This document shows, piece by piece, positions 50,393 through 63,203 of a stretch of 64,000 nucleotides of DNA. Position 1 is the first letter of the stretch, and each line of letters begins with the position of its first letter. The stretch comes from a phage: NCBI GenBank assembly GCA_036253495.1, contig GCA_036253495.1_4125.1; one strand, given 5' to 3'. The notes beneath the pieces are model-generated. The model ran no database searches. It was not told where the DNA came from and saw nothing but the letters and a program-made list of their open reading frames with translations. The position numbers and the translations under genes were made by a program.

Positions 50393-51176
50393 AAAGATAT
50401 TAAAAGATAACTTAACAAAGTACTTGATGAATTGCGACCGTGATGTACGCCGTAAATTTAACGGGTACTTAAAACGTTATCCTTACATCATGTTTTGTCC
50501 TATTAAAATTAATAACGAGGAAGAACACGATTGTCTTCACATTGGATTCACAAATCGTGTACTGAAAAAAAGTGAATTGTCTGAATCGGACGTATGGATT
50601 GAAACAGATGCACATGAGACTAATGTTTTCTATCTGTATACTCCATATGCAGAGATTGTACATAACATATGTGATGCTGTATTCATTAGTACTGATGAGT
50701 TTCCAAAACTTTATATAAAGCCAGCACCACTTAAAGTTGCTATCAATGCACCATCTGTCGGGGAGGATGTATTTGGTACAATACAGTACTGTGTAGAAGA
50801 ACATTTGGATCGTGAGATTTCAATTGAAATGGCAGACATGCTTGCTGATGCTGTATCTGAATGTACGGCCCTTGAAAGTTACCTTATATATGATAAATCG
50901 TATTATAATTTGAATAACATTGTTGAAGGTGAAATCACAGTATGTATCAAATACAACAGTGAAGTTATTGGGTTTGTTCATTGTAAAGGGCATGATTTGT
51001 ACCGTAAAAACATATCAGTGGTTGATCTACAGAAATGGAATCAGGTGATGGATTTAATCATTGACAACAGCGGTGTAAATGATATACTCGTTAAACAATA
51101 TAGAGTAATCAACCCTAAAGATGACTGTGATTTGTACTTCCCAGTACAAGGTGTAACTGACGAGGATAAGCGATGA
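50382..51176 (+). CDS. hypothetical protein
   Basis: Start moved to ATG 50382 overlapping upstream stop. Confidence 0.5.
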   Translation: MSIEKILKDNLTKYLMNCDRDVRRKFNGYLKRYPYIMFCPIKINNEEEHDCLHIGFTNRVLKKSELSESDVWIETDAHETNVFYLYTPYAEIVHNICDAVFISTDEFPKLYIKPAPLKVAINAPSVGEDVFGTIQYCVEEHLDREISIEMADMLADAVSECTALESYLIYDKSYYNLNNIVEGEITVCIKYNSEVIGFVHCKGHDLYRKNISVVDLQKWNQVMDLIIDNSGVNDILVKQYRVINPKDDCDLYFPVQGVTDEDKR

Positions 51177-51436
51177 AAATTTTAGAATACGTATATGGCA
51201 GTGAACATCAAAGCACTCTTTATGTTGGTAATGAATTCAGTCCAGACCCTCTGGATATGTTACAACGCATTCAAGGGTTGAAGAAAGATATCAGTACTAA
51301 GGAACCGTTTGTTAAGCGTGTTGACGTTCAATCACGCAATCCAGAAGAATATATTACCACAGATGCTGATATTAAAAAACTTCTTGCAAAGAATGGTTAT
51401 GTTGAGTATAATCCTCACATCGTCAATCTTCAATAA
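51173..51436 (+). CDS. hypothetical protein
   Basis: 87 aa; ATGA overlap. Confidence 0.5.
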   Translation: MKILEYVYGSEHQSTLYVGNEFSPDPLDMLQRIQGLKKDISTKEPFVKRVDVQSRNPEEYITTDADIKKLLAKNGYVEYNPHIVNLQ

Positions 51437-51446
51437 GGGAAAGCGA

Positions 51447-51722
51447 ATGACTGAATCAACAGAAGTACTGAAAGAACGCCTATCTAAACTCCGTGAAGAA
51501 CGCCGCATTGTTCGTCTGGATTGGGATATTCTTAACCGCAAGGATGAACAATCCTATGCCAACTGGAGTTCAGATAAAGTTCGTAACGAACGTTCTAAAG
51601 AAGATGCTAAACAATTTTCAGCACTGTCCAAGCGTCTATCATGTCTGAATAGTGAGATTACTGGAATTCAAAAAGAAATCACTGAGCGTTTACTATCTGA
51701 ACTGAGATCAATGTATGAATAA
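51447..51722 (+). CDS. hypothetical coiled-coil protein
   Basis: Start moved to ATG 51447 (AAGGGA SD). Confidence 0.45.
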   Translation: MTESTEVLKERLSKLREERRIVRLDWDILNRKDEQSYANWSSDKVRNERSKEDAKQFSALSKRLSCLNSEITGIQKEITERLLSELRSMYE

Positions 51723-52011
51723 ACATGAAGTTCTAGTTTTTGATAATAAGTTCTATGTACCAACATGTGGAAGTACTGAATCATATTATCTAATTAATAA
51801 TATCATGTCAGCAACCCAAACGTGTTGCCGTCAACGTCCAGGTGAGTACGAGTTCAGCCAGACTATCGGGTATTACCGTTATACTGAGTTGGAAAGTTTC
51901 ACAATTGATTCTAAAAAAGTTATTGACGTTCTTATCAGTAACGGTTACAATGAACAAGAATCAAATAACACTGATTTACCTGTAGTTGAGATTGTTCTAA
52001 AAAATTCTTAA
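51715..52011 (+). CDS. hypothetical protein
   Basis: 98-aa ORF overlapping upstream stop. Confidence 0.45.
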   Translation: MNKHEVLVFDNKFYVPTCGSTESYYLINNIMSATQTCCRQRPGEYEFSQTIGYYRYTELESFTIDSKKVIDVLISNGYNEQESNNTDLPVVEIVLKNS

Positions 52012-52130
52012 GAAGTTGTGGAACAATTTCGAATCCAATGATATAATGTTTTCATCGGCAGATGTTAAAATGCAAATCACTTCCTCAATGATTGAGGGTT
52101 CTATAAAAAAGAAATAAAAGGGTATTAACA

Positions 52131-52340
52131 ATGGCACAAGAAATTAAAGCACAAGTACTAGACGTAACTGATTTTGACCGCACTGTAAACTACATTCAGT
52201 TCCAAATTCACCAAGCGGAAGAAGCACTTGCTCAATTCCACGGTACTGGTGCTAAGCCAATCATGTTCGCTCATCTCATCACTTGGAAGAAAAATCTCCA
52301 AGAAGAACTACACGAACTGCGTAAAGCAAATCGTAAGTAA
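52131..52340 (+). CDS. hypothetical protein
   Basis: 69-aa ORF. Confidence 0.45.
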   Translation: MAQEIKAQVLDVTDFDRTVNYIQFQIHQAEEALAQFHGTGAKPIMFAHLITWKKNLQEELHELRKANRK

Positions 52341-52351
52341 TTAGGGTTTAT

Positions 52352-52378
52352 GCCCTGTCCATATGGATGGGGCTTTTT
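52352..52378 (+). terminator. intrinsic terminator
   Basis: GCCCTGTCC-ATAT-GGATGGGGC hairpin then TTTTT. Confidence 0.65.
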
Positions 52379-52405
52379 AATCAAAAGTATAGAGGAAAAA
52401 AGAAA

Positions 52406-52945
52406 ATGGGTGTAGAATATTATTTTTTATTTGGATGCCTTAGTGTTCTGGTGTTGATAACAGTAGGATTAATTATTAATACATGCATAAGTGGTTCTAA
52501 ATATTTTCGTTCTTTCCAGTTTCTTATGTCAGCTATGTCATATAATAAAGAAGCTGATACAGCCATTAATCTATTACTAGATAAGACTGAAGCTGGAATA
52601 CTTATTGCGAAATTATCACCATCTGATGACACGATTATGTTTGTCAATCCAAACGATGAAGAAACAACACTTGTAGCAAATCAATATCGCACTAGTCATG
52701 CAGATCCACGTTATGTTAAAGTTCTTAATTCAGAAGGTGAAATCTGGATTGGTTCTAAATACTATGCTTATGGATACATCCATCGTTACTACGGTCAACG
52801 AAAGGAAGAATTTTATAAGAAACGTCCAAGTTTAAATACATTTAAACGTATTCTAAAACTTGAACACGAGTTAAAGAAACCAAGTTCAGAAAACGCAGCA
52901 CCAAATCATGTGCATAAGCGTGATAGTGATATCGTGGAGTTATAA
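52406..52945 (+). CDS. hypothetical membrane protein
   Basis: Start moved to ATG 52406 (AGAGG SD); track start lies inside the terminator hairpin. Confidence 0.45.
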   Translation: MGVEYYFLFGCLSVLVLITVGLIINTCISGSKYFRSFQFLMSAMSYNKEADTAINLLLDKTEAGILIAKLSPSDDTIMFVNPNDEETTLVANQYRTSHADPRYVKVLNSEGEIWIGSKYYAYGYIHRYYGQRKEEFYKKRPSLNTFKRILKLEHELKKPSSENAAPNHVHKRDSDIVEL

Positions 52946-53241
52946 TGTCACCAGATGAAGCAAGTAAAGTCCTCGTTGAAGTTCAAAATCGACTTCTACA
53001 CGTAATGGACGCAGTAAAAGATTTACCACAAGGATATCAGTATAAGGTTCGCGAAATGCTTTCTTGTGCTGAAACCGTAGTCTCGATGTATTGTGATGTT
53101 CAACACGGAATTATCCCTGAAGTTCTGAAGAAAGATGTAACAGAAGAACGAGAAATCCCTGAAGAAGTTCAGGTAACACAAGTTGTTAAACAAAAAACAA
53201 TCCTTGATATTAGTGATATCAATCTAGACTTAGGAGATTAA
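52945..53241 (+). CDS. hypothetical protein
   Basis: 98-aa ORF. Confidence 0.45.
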   Translation: MSPDEASKVLVEVQNRLLHVMDAVKDLPQGYQYKVREMLSCAETVVSMYCDVQHGIIPEVLKKDVTEEREIPEEVQVTQVVKQKTILDISDINLDLGD

Positions 53242-53243
53242 AA

Positions 53244-53387
53244 ATGAGTTCACAGAAAGTTGATTTGGTTTTAAAACTCCAAGAGATTCAAGCACTTGCA
53301 AAAAATCTCGATGAAAAAAGTACTAAAATGGTAGACGACCTCTGTGCATCTATTTTAGTAGTGTTTGCTGAAGCAGAAAAGAAATAA
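53244..53387 (+). CDS. small hypothetical protein (47 aa)
   Basis: ATG with TAGGAGA SD; below track cutoff. Confidence 0.4.
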   Translation: MSSQKVDLVLKLQEIQALAKNLDEKSTKMVDDLCASILVVFAEAEKK

Positions 53388-53394
53388 AATATAT

Positions 53395-53425
53395 TACCCA
53401 GTACTTAGATACTGGGTATTTTTTT
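53395..53425 (+). terminator. intrinsic terminator
   Basis: TACCCAGTA-CTTAGA-TACTGGGTA perfect hairpin then TTTTTTT. Confidence 0.75.
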
Positions 53426-53436
53426 AAGGAAAATTC

Positions 53437-53829
53437 ATGACTGATACTGACTTACAAAAACTCATTGATTACATCTATGAAATGGTTCAAGATAAAAACA
53501 ATATAAATTACATAGCTTCCGGCTCAAAACCAATTGGAAATGTAATGACATATTCTTTGTCTTTGTGGTTACATCAGTACTATAAGGTTGATTGTGTGTA
53601 TTATCGCCCAGATATCAATGCATTTTATTTTGTGAACCCAGCAGTATTGTTTGACCGAACAAAGAAGCTTCCAGATGATGAATCATTTATACCTAGTCCA
53701 TTCTATGTATCCGAATCAGACGAAGACGAGTTCCAAAAAAATACTTCTTTAGAGCGTGATGCGGGATGTATCCCTTATAAACTCAAAGATAAAATTGATT
53801 TCATTGTAGAAGTTATGAAAACATGTTGA
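53437..53829 (+). CDS. hypothetical protein (weak family-1-like SESDEDEFQK segment)
   Basis: 130-aa ORF. Confidence 0.45.
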   Translation: MTDTDLQKLIDYIYEMVQDKNNINYIASGSKPIGNVMTYSLSLWLHQYYKVDCVYYRPDINAFYFVNPAVLFDRTKKLPDDESFIPSPFYVSESDEDEFQKNTSLERDAGCIPYKLKDKIDFIVEVMKTC

Positions 53830-53855
53830 TAAGTACAGTGAAACTCTGATATAAT
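53826..53855 (+). promoter_or_regulatory. sigma70-type promoter with extended -10 (TTGATA-18-TGaTATAAT)
   Basis: TGATATAAT recurs before several genes (also near 26931, 52039, 57584). Confidence 0.45.
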
Positions 53856-53879
53856 ACTATGACTTACTAAGGAGAACAT

Positions 53880-54449
53880 ATGAACTTTATTAAATTCAAC
53901 ACATATGAGTCAGAAGCATACTTTAATACAAATAATAAATTTAATATTATTCTTAAAGACGGAACGGTTGTTATCGGAGTATCATTGCTTTCATTTGATG
54001 GCGAAAAACTCAAAACTGTTTATAAATTCACCAATCTTGATGGTGATTACTGGGATACGTCAGATGTATCTAAAATTTGCACACATTATGTATTTGAATC
54101 TATTGAAGTTGGTGATGGCTGGGCATTGACCTGTAATGGTAATAAAGTATTTTCTGGTAACATATTTGGAGTAATTTCCAGTAAAGAAATCGTAGACCAT
54201 CATCTTCATGTTCTCAATAATAACGCCAACACTTATACACCTGATAATATCAAAATTCACGATATTGTAACATACACTGATTATAATGGTTTCAGACATA
54301 AAGCAATCGTAACTGAAGTTAAAAAACCAAAAAATTATTTCGACCACGGTTTAATTGAAGTATATATGGTAGGTGGCGAAAAACAATACTTTGATCATTT
54401 CACTTATACTGGTTGGGATAGATTCCTAACCGTTATTGAGGAATACTAA
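53880..54449 (+). CDS. hypothetical protein
   Basis: 189-aa ORF. Confidence 0.5.
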   Translation: MNFIKFNTYESEAYFNTNNKFNIILKDGTVVIGVSLLSFDGEKLKTVYKFTNLDGDYWDTSDVSKICTHYVFESIEVGDGWALTCNGNKVFSGNIFGVISSKEIVDHHLHVLNNNANTYTPDNIKIHDIVTYTDYNGFRHKAIVTEVKKPKNYFDHGLIEVYMVGGEKQYFDHFTYTGWDRFLTVIEEY

Positions 54450-54450
54450 C

Positions 54451-54927
54451 ATGCCGATTCGTGGTGTGCCAGAACCATTAATTGAAGTTATTAAGCATGT
54501 CAATGTTGGAACACGAGAAGTTAATCAGCGACGTGGTAATATATATTACTTTAAAACTACAGGAATGAGTTCTATACAGGTTGTTATTGGCACATCTATT
54601 GCGGTCACGCGTGTTCTTGATGGTAGTACTGACTTCGTTGGATACAATGTACTTACTAATAAAGTAACACATACATATAAATGGAGTGGTTATAAAACCA
54701 TCACATATGAGTTTGACTTAGCTAGAACTGAAGAAGAACGATTTATGTTGAGTACTATTAATCCAGCAAACTATCCTGACCTTGATGCATTTTTGCTAAT
54801 TTTAAAATTGTATAATGAAGCAAATGAGAAAGCTAAAGAGTATGATAGAATCATGTATGAACGTAGAAAAGAACGTTCTCAAAAAAGTTATGATCTGTAT
54901 GAAAGTTACATTCATAGATCCAAATGA
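54451..54927 (+). CDS. family-1 paralog (RTEEERFMLSTI variant)
   Basis: Start moved to ATG 54451 (GAGGA SD). Confidence 0.5.
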   Translation: MPIRGVPEPLIEVIKHVNVGTREVNQRRGNIYYFKTTGMSSIQVVIGTSIAVTRVLDGSTDFVGYNVLTNKVTHTYKWSGYKTITYEFDLARTEEERFMLSTINPANYPDLDAFLLILKLYNEANEKAKEYDRIMYERRKERSQKSYDLYESYIHRSK

Positions 54928-54965
54928 AATAAATAGTTACCTATAGATTAATCTAAGGAGTAACT

Positions 54966-55316
54966 ATGTTTAAAAGTAATCTTAAAGTAGAATTAATTAA
55001 TAACGAAGGTCAACGTTGGAAAGTTCTAGAAGATCTAGAATACGAGTATAACGGTATTAAAATTGTTGTTCCCGCAGGTTTCAAAACTGATTTTGCAAGC
55101 GTCCCACGTATTCGTGGTATATTTGAACTAGTCGGTAATATGGGTCACGCCGCAGCAACAATACATGACTACTTGTATAGTACTGGTATGCTATCCCGTA
55201 AAGATAGTGATAAGGTGCTACTACAGGCTCTACGTGCTACTGAAGTTGGTAAGCCACGTAGTATGATTATGTATGCTGGTGTTCGTGTATTCGGTTGGTT
55301 GTTTTACAAAAAATAA
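54966..55316 (+). CDS. DUF1353-like protein
   Basis: 116 aa; GFKTDFASVPR matches the F-x-TDG-ASIPR signature of DUF1353 (recall). Confidence 0.5.
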   Translation: MFKSNLKVELINNEGQRWKVLEDLEYEYNGIKIVVPAGFKTDFASVPRIRGIFELVGNMGHAAATIHDYLYSTGMLSRKDSDKVLLQALRATEVGKPRSMIMYAGVRVFGWLFYKK

Positions 55317-55324
55317 AACTATTT

Positions 55325-55357
55325 ATGAGTACTGCTTGCAGTACTCATTTTTTTTTT
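55325..55357 (+). terminator. intrinsic terminator
   Basis: ATGAGTACTG-CTTG-CAGTACTCAT perfect hairpin then TTTTTTTTT. Confidence 0.8.
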
Positions 55358-55371
55358 ACTCCGAGGTACAT

Positions 55372-55587
55372 ATGAAAGTTATTATTAATCCAGCATCAAA
55401 CTTTTTTGGTGAGGTTTTCGGTGCAGACATTATTGTGCATAATTTTCCACGAATTGAAATCGACGGAATTGAAGTCCAACGATATGGCAACCTGTACTAT
55501 GTAATAGATGAAAATGGTTCTATTGTACACGACAGTGCATTCTTTACCGAAGAAGAGATGAAACACTTGATAGTACTGGACAAATAA
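55372..55587 (+). CDS. hypothetical protein
   Basis: Start moved to ATG 55372. Confidence 0.45.
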   Translation: MKVIINPASNFFGEVFGADIIVHNFPRIEIDGIEVQRYGNLYYVIDENGSIVHDSAFFTEEEMKHLIVLDK

Positions 55588-55588
55588 A

Positions 55589-55774
55589 ATGACACTAGAT
55601 GAATGGCATAAAAGAAACGATAAGCTGTATGAAAATGATATTTTCTTCTTCGCATTCGGTGGTCTTGGAAGTATTTTACGTGATAGTGATGATTACTTCA
55701 ATTCGATCATTAGCTATTATGATTGCTATGGGACTATGTACGCCATAGCACGAACAACGGGATGTTACAAATGA
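55589..55774 (+). CDS. hypothetical protein
   Basis: 61-aa ORF. Confidence 0.4.
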   Translation: MTLDEWHKRNDKLYENDIFFFAFGGLGSILRDSDDYFNSIISYYDCYGTMYAIARTTGCYK

Positions 55775-55950
55775 CACATCAAGAATGGTTAGATGAATTA
55801 AAATTCAAACATGATCATTTTGGCTTTGGTGTACGCCAGGGTCATTATGATATTTTAAAAGATAAGAACAAGTTTAAATCATTTATCTTGGATGATGATA
55901 GTAATCGCTGGTTCATCTATGAGCTTGCGGTTAGAGGTAAAAAAAAATGA
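55771..55950 (+). CDS. MTH-EW mini-protein family member (MTHQEWLDEL...)
   Basis: 59 aa; one of five paralogs starting MTH(E/Q/A)(E/D)W. Confidence 0.45.
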   Translation: MTHQEWLDELKFKHDHFGFGVRQGHYDILKDKNKFKSFILDDDSNRWFIYELAVRGKKK

Positions 55951-55999
55951 CTAGTACTGATATATATGCTATTCTTTTGTTTTAATCAGGAGAACAATA

Positions 56000-56499
56000 A
56001 TGCTCATTACGCATGTACCGGAAAGTATTACTGAAATTTTAAATAAAATTAATGTTAATGAGTTTGAACGAACAGTTCGAAAACAGGGCACTTATCACTA
56101 TAAGCACAAAGATGGTGAACATCGAATAAGCTTAGATCAGAATTATCAAACTTTAACAATTACAATGGTTACTCGCTGGAATTTCGTTCGTAAAGACACT
56201 ATTATCTGTGATTTTGGTAAAAATCTACTTAGAAAATGTTTCTCTGAAACAAATGGCATCTATCCAAACCCGAATAGAATTTTTACATATCGATACATCA
56301 CAGATGAAGATGTACATTTCCAAGAGAGTTTGGTATGCGATAATAAGTACTTTCCCGCATTTTCTGATAATTTGAAGTTAAAAGAACTATATAACTATTT
56401 CTTAAATGACAATATCCTGTGGGATGAAGAATTAAAAAAACGACAGATAGAACGTGAAAAGAAAAAAGTATGGACTGGCTCACATTGGATGCAACGTAA

Positions 56500-56503
<4 letters not shown>
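56000..56503 (+). CDS. family-1 paralog (ITDEDVHFQESLV)
   Basis: 167 aa; family motif. Confidence 0.5.
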
Positions 56504-56687
<184 letters not shown>

Positions 56688-56688
56688 G

Positions 56689-56825
<137 letters not shown>

Positions 56826-56838
56826 CGAGGAATCCAAA

Positions 56839-57036
56839 GTGACTAAAGCAGAACTTGTAGCATTATTGGAATCATATCCCGATGATGCATGTATTGAAGT
56901 TGTTCATAGTGCGAGACATTTTGACATTGAAGATGTAGTACGTTATAATGACAAAGGTGTACTCATCATGGAACTATGTATTGGTGAAATGAAAACTGTA
57001 CCCGAATCAGAAAAACGTAAAAATAGTAAACCGTAA
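56839..57036 (+). CDS. hypothetical protein
   Basis: 65 aa; GTG start with GAGGAA SD. Confidence 0.45.
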   Translation: MTKAELVALLESYPDDACIEVVHSARHFDIEDVVRYNDKGVLIMELCIGEMKTVPESEKRKNSKP

Positions 57037-57046
57037 GGAAAATAAA

Positions 57047-57265
57047 ATGGAATCTACTCTATTAGAAGTTATTAACTCATTAAACGCTGGCGACAATGTT
57101 CAAGTACTCCTACAGGGATACCGTGTAAAAGGTTCAGTAGTTTTAGTTAATGACACCACTGTTGTTGTAACTGAAACTAACCCGTTTGACAGTAATGAAC
57201 TTGCTAATATCCATATTGATATTAAAAGTATTATTGGTGTTGGTGTAACTAAACCACAAGAATAA
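57047..57265 (+). CDS. hypothetical protein
   Basis: 72-aa ORF. Confidence 0.45.
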   Translation: MESTLLEVINSLNAGDNVQVLLQGYRVKGSVVLVNDTTVVVTETNPFDSNELANIHIDIKSIIGVGVTKPQE

Positions 57266-57286
57266 CAATTGTTATTGGGGATTACT

Positions 57287-57559
57287 ATGCATTTTGAAAA
57301 ATTCAATACAAATCGTAACACACGCATTGACGTTCTTTATGAAACACAAGACTCAATAAGCATTCGTACACGTAGTGGTGATGTATATCATGACTGTACT
57401 ATTGGTTGGGAACAGGGAAGAACACGTAGTGCAGAATTCGATAACTATCGCTTCTACCAAGGGGACACCACAATCTGGCCTGAAGACGTAGAAGATATTG
57501 CGATTGAAGATGAACATAAAGATGAATTTATAAAATTTAATCCCGAAACCGAATCATAA
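57287..57559 (+). CDS. hypothetical protein
   Basis: Start moved to ATG 57287 (track start is TTG). Confidence 0.45.
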   Translation: MHFEKFNTNRNTRIDVLYETQDSISIRTRSGDVYHDCTIGWEQGRTRSAEFDNYRFYQGDTTIWPEDVEDIAIEDEHKDEFIKFNPETES

Positions 57560-57599
57560 ATATTGGAACAGACTATAAAGATGTGATATAATTATTATC

Positions 57600-58018
57600 A
57601 TGATAACAAAATACATGGAACGTAAAATGTGGGGAAACGAATATAAATCAAAACAAGGAAATATTGGAGTTGCTCGTGCAATAGATTACTATGTCACAAA
57701 TGGTTATTCAGTGTCTATACCCATGAATGATACACAATCATATGACTTGATAGTTGATGATAATATTAAATTGTATAGAGTATCAGTAAAACAACATCAT
57801 ATAAAGCACCATCTGGAAATTATAATGTTCAACTAAAAAATAGTGGTGGTTCTAGCGGTAAAAGTGTTATACGAAATTTTGATAAAACATCGTGCGACAT
57901 ACTGTTTGTGTTGTGTGATAACAACGACATATATATCATCCCAATTGATGACATTGATGCACATTCAGCACTTACATTAACTGAAGAACGTAAGAAATAT
58001 ATTAGAAAATTATATTAA
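57600..58018 (+). CDS. Hjc-like PD-(D/E)XK endonuclease gene, apparently interrupted by a -1 frameshift
   Basis: Frame 0 (57600..57836) gives GNIGVARAIDYYVTNGYSVSIP...YDLIVDD...YRVSVK then stops; -1 frame from the GTAAAAC run continues TTSYKAPSGNYNVQLKNSGG...IYIIPIDDI to TAA at 58018; joined length about 138 aa. Confidence 0.4.
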
Positions 58019-58025
58019 AAAATAT

Positions 58026-59714
<1,689 letters not shown>

Positions 59715-59717
59715 TTC

Positions 59718-59873
<156 letters not shown>

Positions 59874-59901
59874 CAAAACGAAATGATAATAGGAAATTAA
59901 A

Positions 59902-60087
59902 ATGCAACTTTTAATTCTTTCAATATTGTATATTATTATAATGGTTCCTATATCAATACGTTTAATTATACTTGAACGATTTTTATCGAAACATGGAAAT
60001 AGATCTATGATATTTGTACCAATCGGGCTTATATTGTTTGGTATATTTGCATTTATAATGGGAATTAACGCTACATTCATTTCATAG
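59902..60087 (+). CDS. small hydrophobic protein
   Basis: 61-aa ORF after the tRNA cluster. Confidence 0.35.
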   Translation: MQLLILSILYIIIMVPISIRLIILERFLSKHGNRSMIFVPIGLILFGIFAFIMGINATFIS

Positions 60088-60096
60088 GAAACAAAT

Positions 60097-60578
<482 letters not shown>

Positions 60579-60585
60579 AAGAACG

Positions 60586-60618
<33 letters not shown>

Positions 60619-60619
60619 C

Positions 60620-60675
<56 letters not shown>

Positions 60676-60676
60676 T

Positions 60677-60807
<131 letters not shown>

Positions 60808-60808
60808 A

Positions 60809-60883
<75 letters not shown>

Positions 60884-60926
60884 GGTTCAAGAAGAAAACT
60901 GGGGTTTTTAACCTAACGAGGTCAAT

Positions 60927-61069
<143 letters not shown>

Positions 61070-61070
61070 A

Positions 61071-61201
<131 letters not shown>

Positions 61202-61202
61202 T

Positions 61203-61631
<429 letters not shown>

Positions 61632-61639
<8 letters not shown>

Positions 61640-61994
61640 TCTAATAGTACGTATAATGCAAGATGTTCGAAAGAACCTTTATACAGGCAATTTTGACGAT
61701 TCGAACATTAAACTATTATGTTATGATGGTTTTACCTTGGTACATCCATCTGAATCAAATAATATATACATATCATATACTTCCAAAAATCAATTATATC
61801 AATTTGATATATATAGCACAATGGCTAAAATAACTTTGGACGTATCCAAGCAGCCTATTCTTATCGCTGTACCAGAATGCAATTACACTGAAGAATCACT
61901 GTTTCAGTACTCAATGATAAATGACATTGGCGACTTGACATTAGAAGAGATTAACGCTATACTAGATGTATCACGTTTGATTAATGCCTACTAA
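61632..61994 (+). CDS. family-1 paralog (YTEESLFQYSMI)
   Basis: 120 aa; family motif. Confidence 0.5.
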
Positions 61995-62199
61995 TTTGGA
62001 GATTAATATGTTCTGGAATTTGTTATGTCTTTTTGGTCGTACCTTTGTTCTTGCAATTATTCATACACCAGGTATTCGTAATTTTGTTTCTTATGAATTT
62101 AAGAAAAATTATCACAACAATACTGAAGTTCGTGCCACTAAAATGTGCAAAGACTTCAATGTAACAGTACCACCATTTAAGAAGTACGAGGATGAATAA
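61984..62199 (+). CDS. hypothetical protein
   Basis: 71-aa ORF. Confidence 0.4.
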   Translation: MPTNLEINMFWNLLCLFGRTFVLAIIHTPGIRNFVSYEFKKNYHNNTEVRATKMCKDFNVTVPPFKKYEDE

Positions 62200-62477
62200 T
62201 GGAATTCATTGTAGCTCCTGAAGAACTCAAGACCTTTAAGTTCAAAGATAATTATACGTATTCAAATCATTCCTTGAATTCAATTCATGTAATTGCAATG
62301 GTTGCATCTGAATATAAAGATAACCCGTGTATTGATTTTAAAACCACTGATGGTGAATATACATGGGTGATCCCACGAGATAAATATAGTTATCAAGGGG
62401 CAGTAGAAATTCGTGACTCGATTCTAAAACAAATCGAAGATGGACATACTCATCCTAAACTAAACATTCAGTACTGA
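62199..62477 (+). CDS. hypothetical protein
   Basis: 92-aa ORF; stop lies inside an ATTCAGTACTGAA palindrome. Confidence 0.45.
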   Translation: MEFIVAPEELKTFKFKDNYTYSNHSLNSIHVIAMVASEYKDNPCIDFKTTDGEYTWVIPRDKYSYQGAVEIRDSILKQIEDGHTHPKLNIQY

Positions 62478-62727
62478 AAATGTTATACCGATAGCTTCTG
62501 GAGCAGTACTGAATCCTCCTTTTTCTTTCAGAAGCTATCACATATTTTGTCGTAAAATGGTACTGTGAGTGTTTTGTCTTTCCATTCTCTCCAGGTCCAG
62601 TACCTATCATTGTAGTTCTGGAGAGATATAACATGTATAATGTTTTTTACCTCCTGTTTATCATTATATATGTCACTAAACGAGTAATAACTACCCTCCC
62701 TCTAGGTTATTACTTTTGATTTTGGTA

Positions 62728-62756
62728 TTGACTTTCAATGCCGCAAATGTTATACT
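62728..62756 (+). promoter_or_regulatory. sigma70-type promoter (TTGACT-17-TATACT)
   Basis: Consensus-like boxes directly upstream of a terminator hairpin. Confidence 0.45.
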
Positions 62757-62759
62757 TAA

Positions 62760-62795
62760 GGCTGATTCAAATTGAATCGGCCTTTTTTTCTTTTT
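62760..62795 (+). terminator. intrinsic terminator overlapping the predicted transcription start
   Basis: GGCTGATTCA-AAT-TGAATCGGCC 10-bp stem then TTTTTTTCTTTTT; sits between -10 and the RBS of CDS 62808. Confidence 0.6.
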
Positions 62796-62807
62796 AAGGA
62801 GAACACC

Positions 62808-63203
62808 ATGAATTTGGTTGTAGAAGACGATATCTTTTCCGATGCTATTGAGTATATGTACAATCTTGTTAGACTTAATGAATTTGTACAACGTCATACA
62901 TTGACACATAAGGATGGGATTATTACTGTTGGTGCATACAATAATGGATACTTAACCGAGTTTTACAATTGTGATAACATTTTTATAACCATTGATAATA
63001 TCACTACGACTAATGACATATCCATTGATTTATTCAAAGATCATATTGAAATTGATATAGACAAGATGATTGCCATCGATATTGATCCTGTAATGTATGA
63101 GTTACAAGAAGAAATGTATGAGCAATTATGCTTTGTGTATGATTTGAGTAAAATTTCATTCTTTGACTTACGCAGAATCTGTTACGTAGTAGGTAAGTTA
63201 TGA
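62808..63203 (+). CDS. hypothetical protein
   Basis: Start moved to ATG 62808 (AAGGAGAA SD). Confidence 0.45.
   Translation: MNLVVEDDIFSDAIEYMYNLVRLNEFVQRHTLTHKDGIITVGAYNNGYLTEFYNCDNIFITIDNITTTNDISIDLFKDHIEIDIDKMIAIDIDPVMYELQEEMYEQLCFVYDLSKISFFDLRRICYVVGKL

Noticed and set aside
52367-52405. Track start codon of ORF 52367..52945
   Set aside because: ATG lies inside the terminator hairpin 52352..52378; downstream ATG 52406 has an SD
62691-62909. 72-aa minus-strand ORF in the structured non-coding region
   Set aside because: No RBS; overlaps + strand promoter, terminator and start of CDS 62808; region better explained as regulatory or structured RNA
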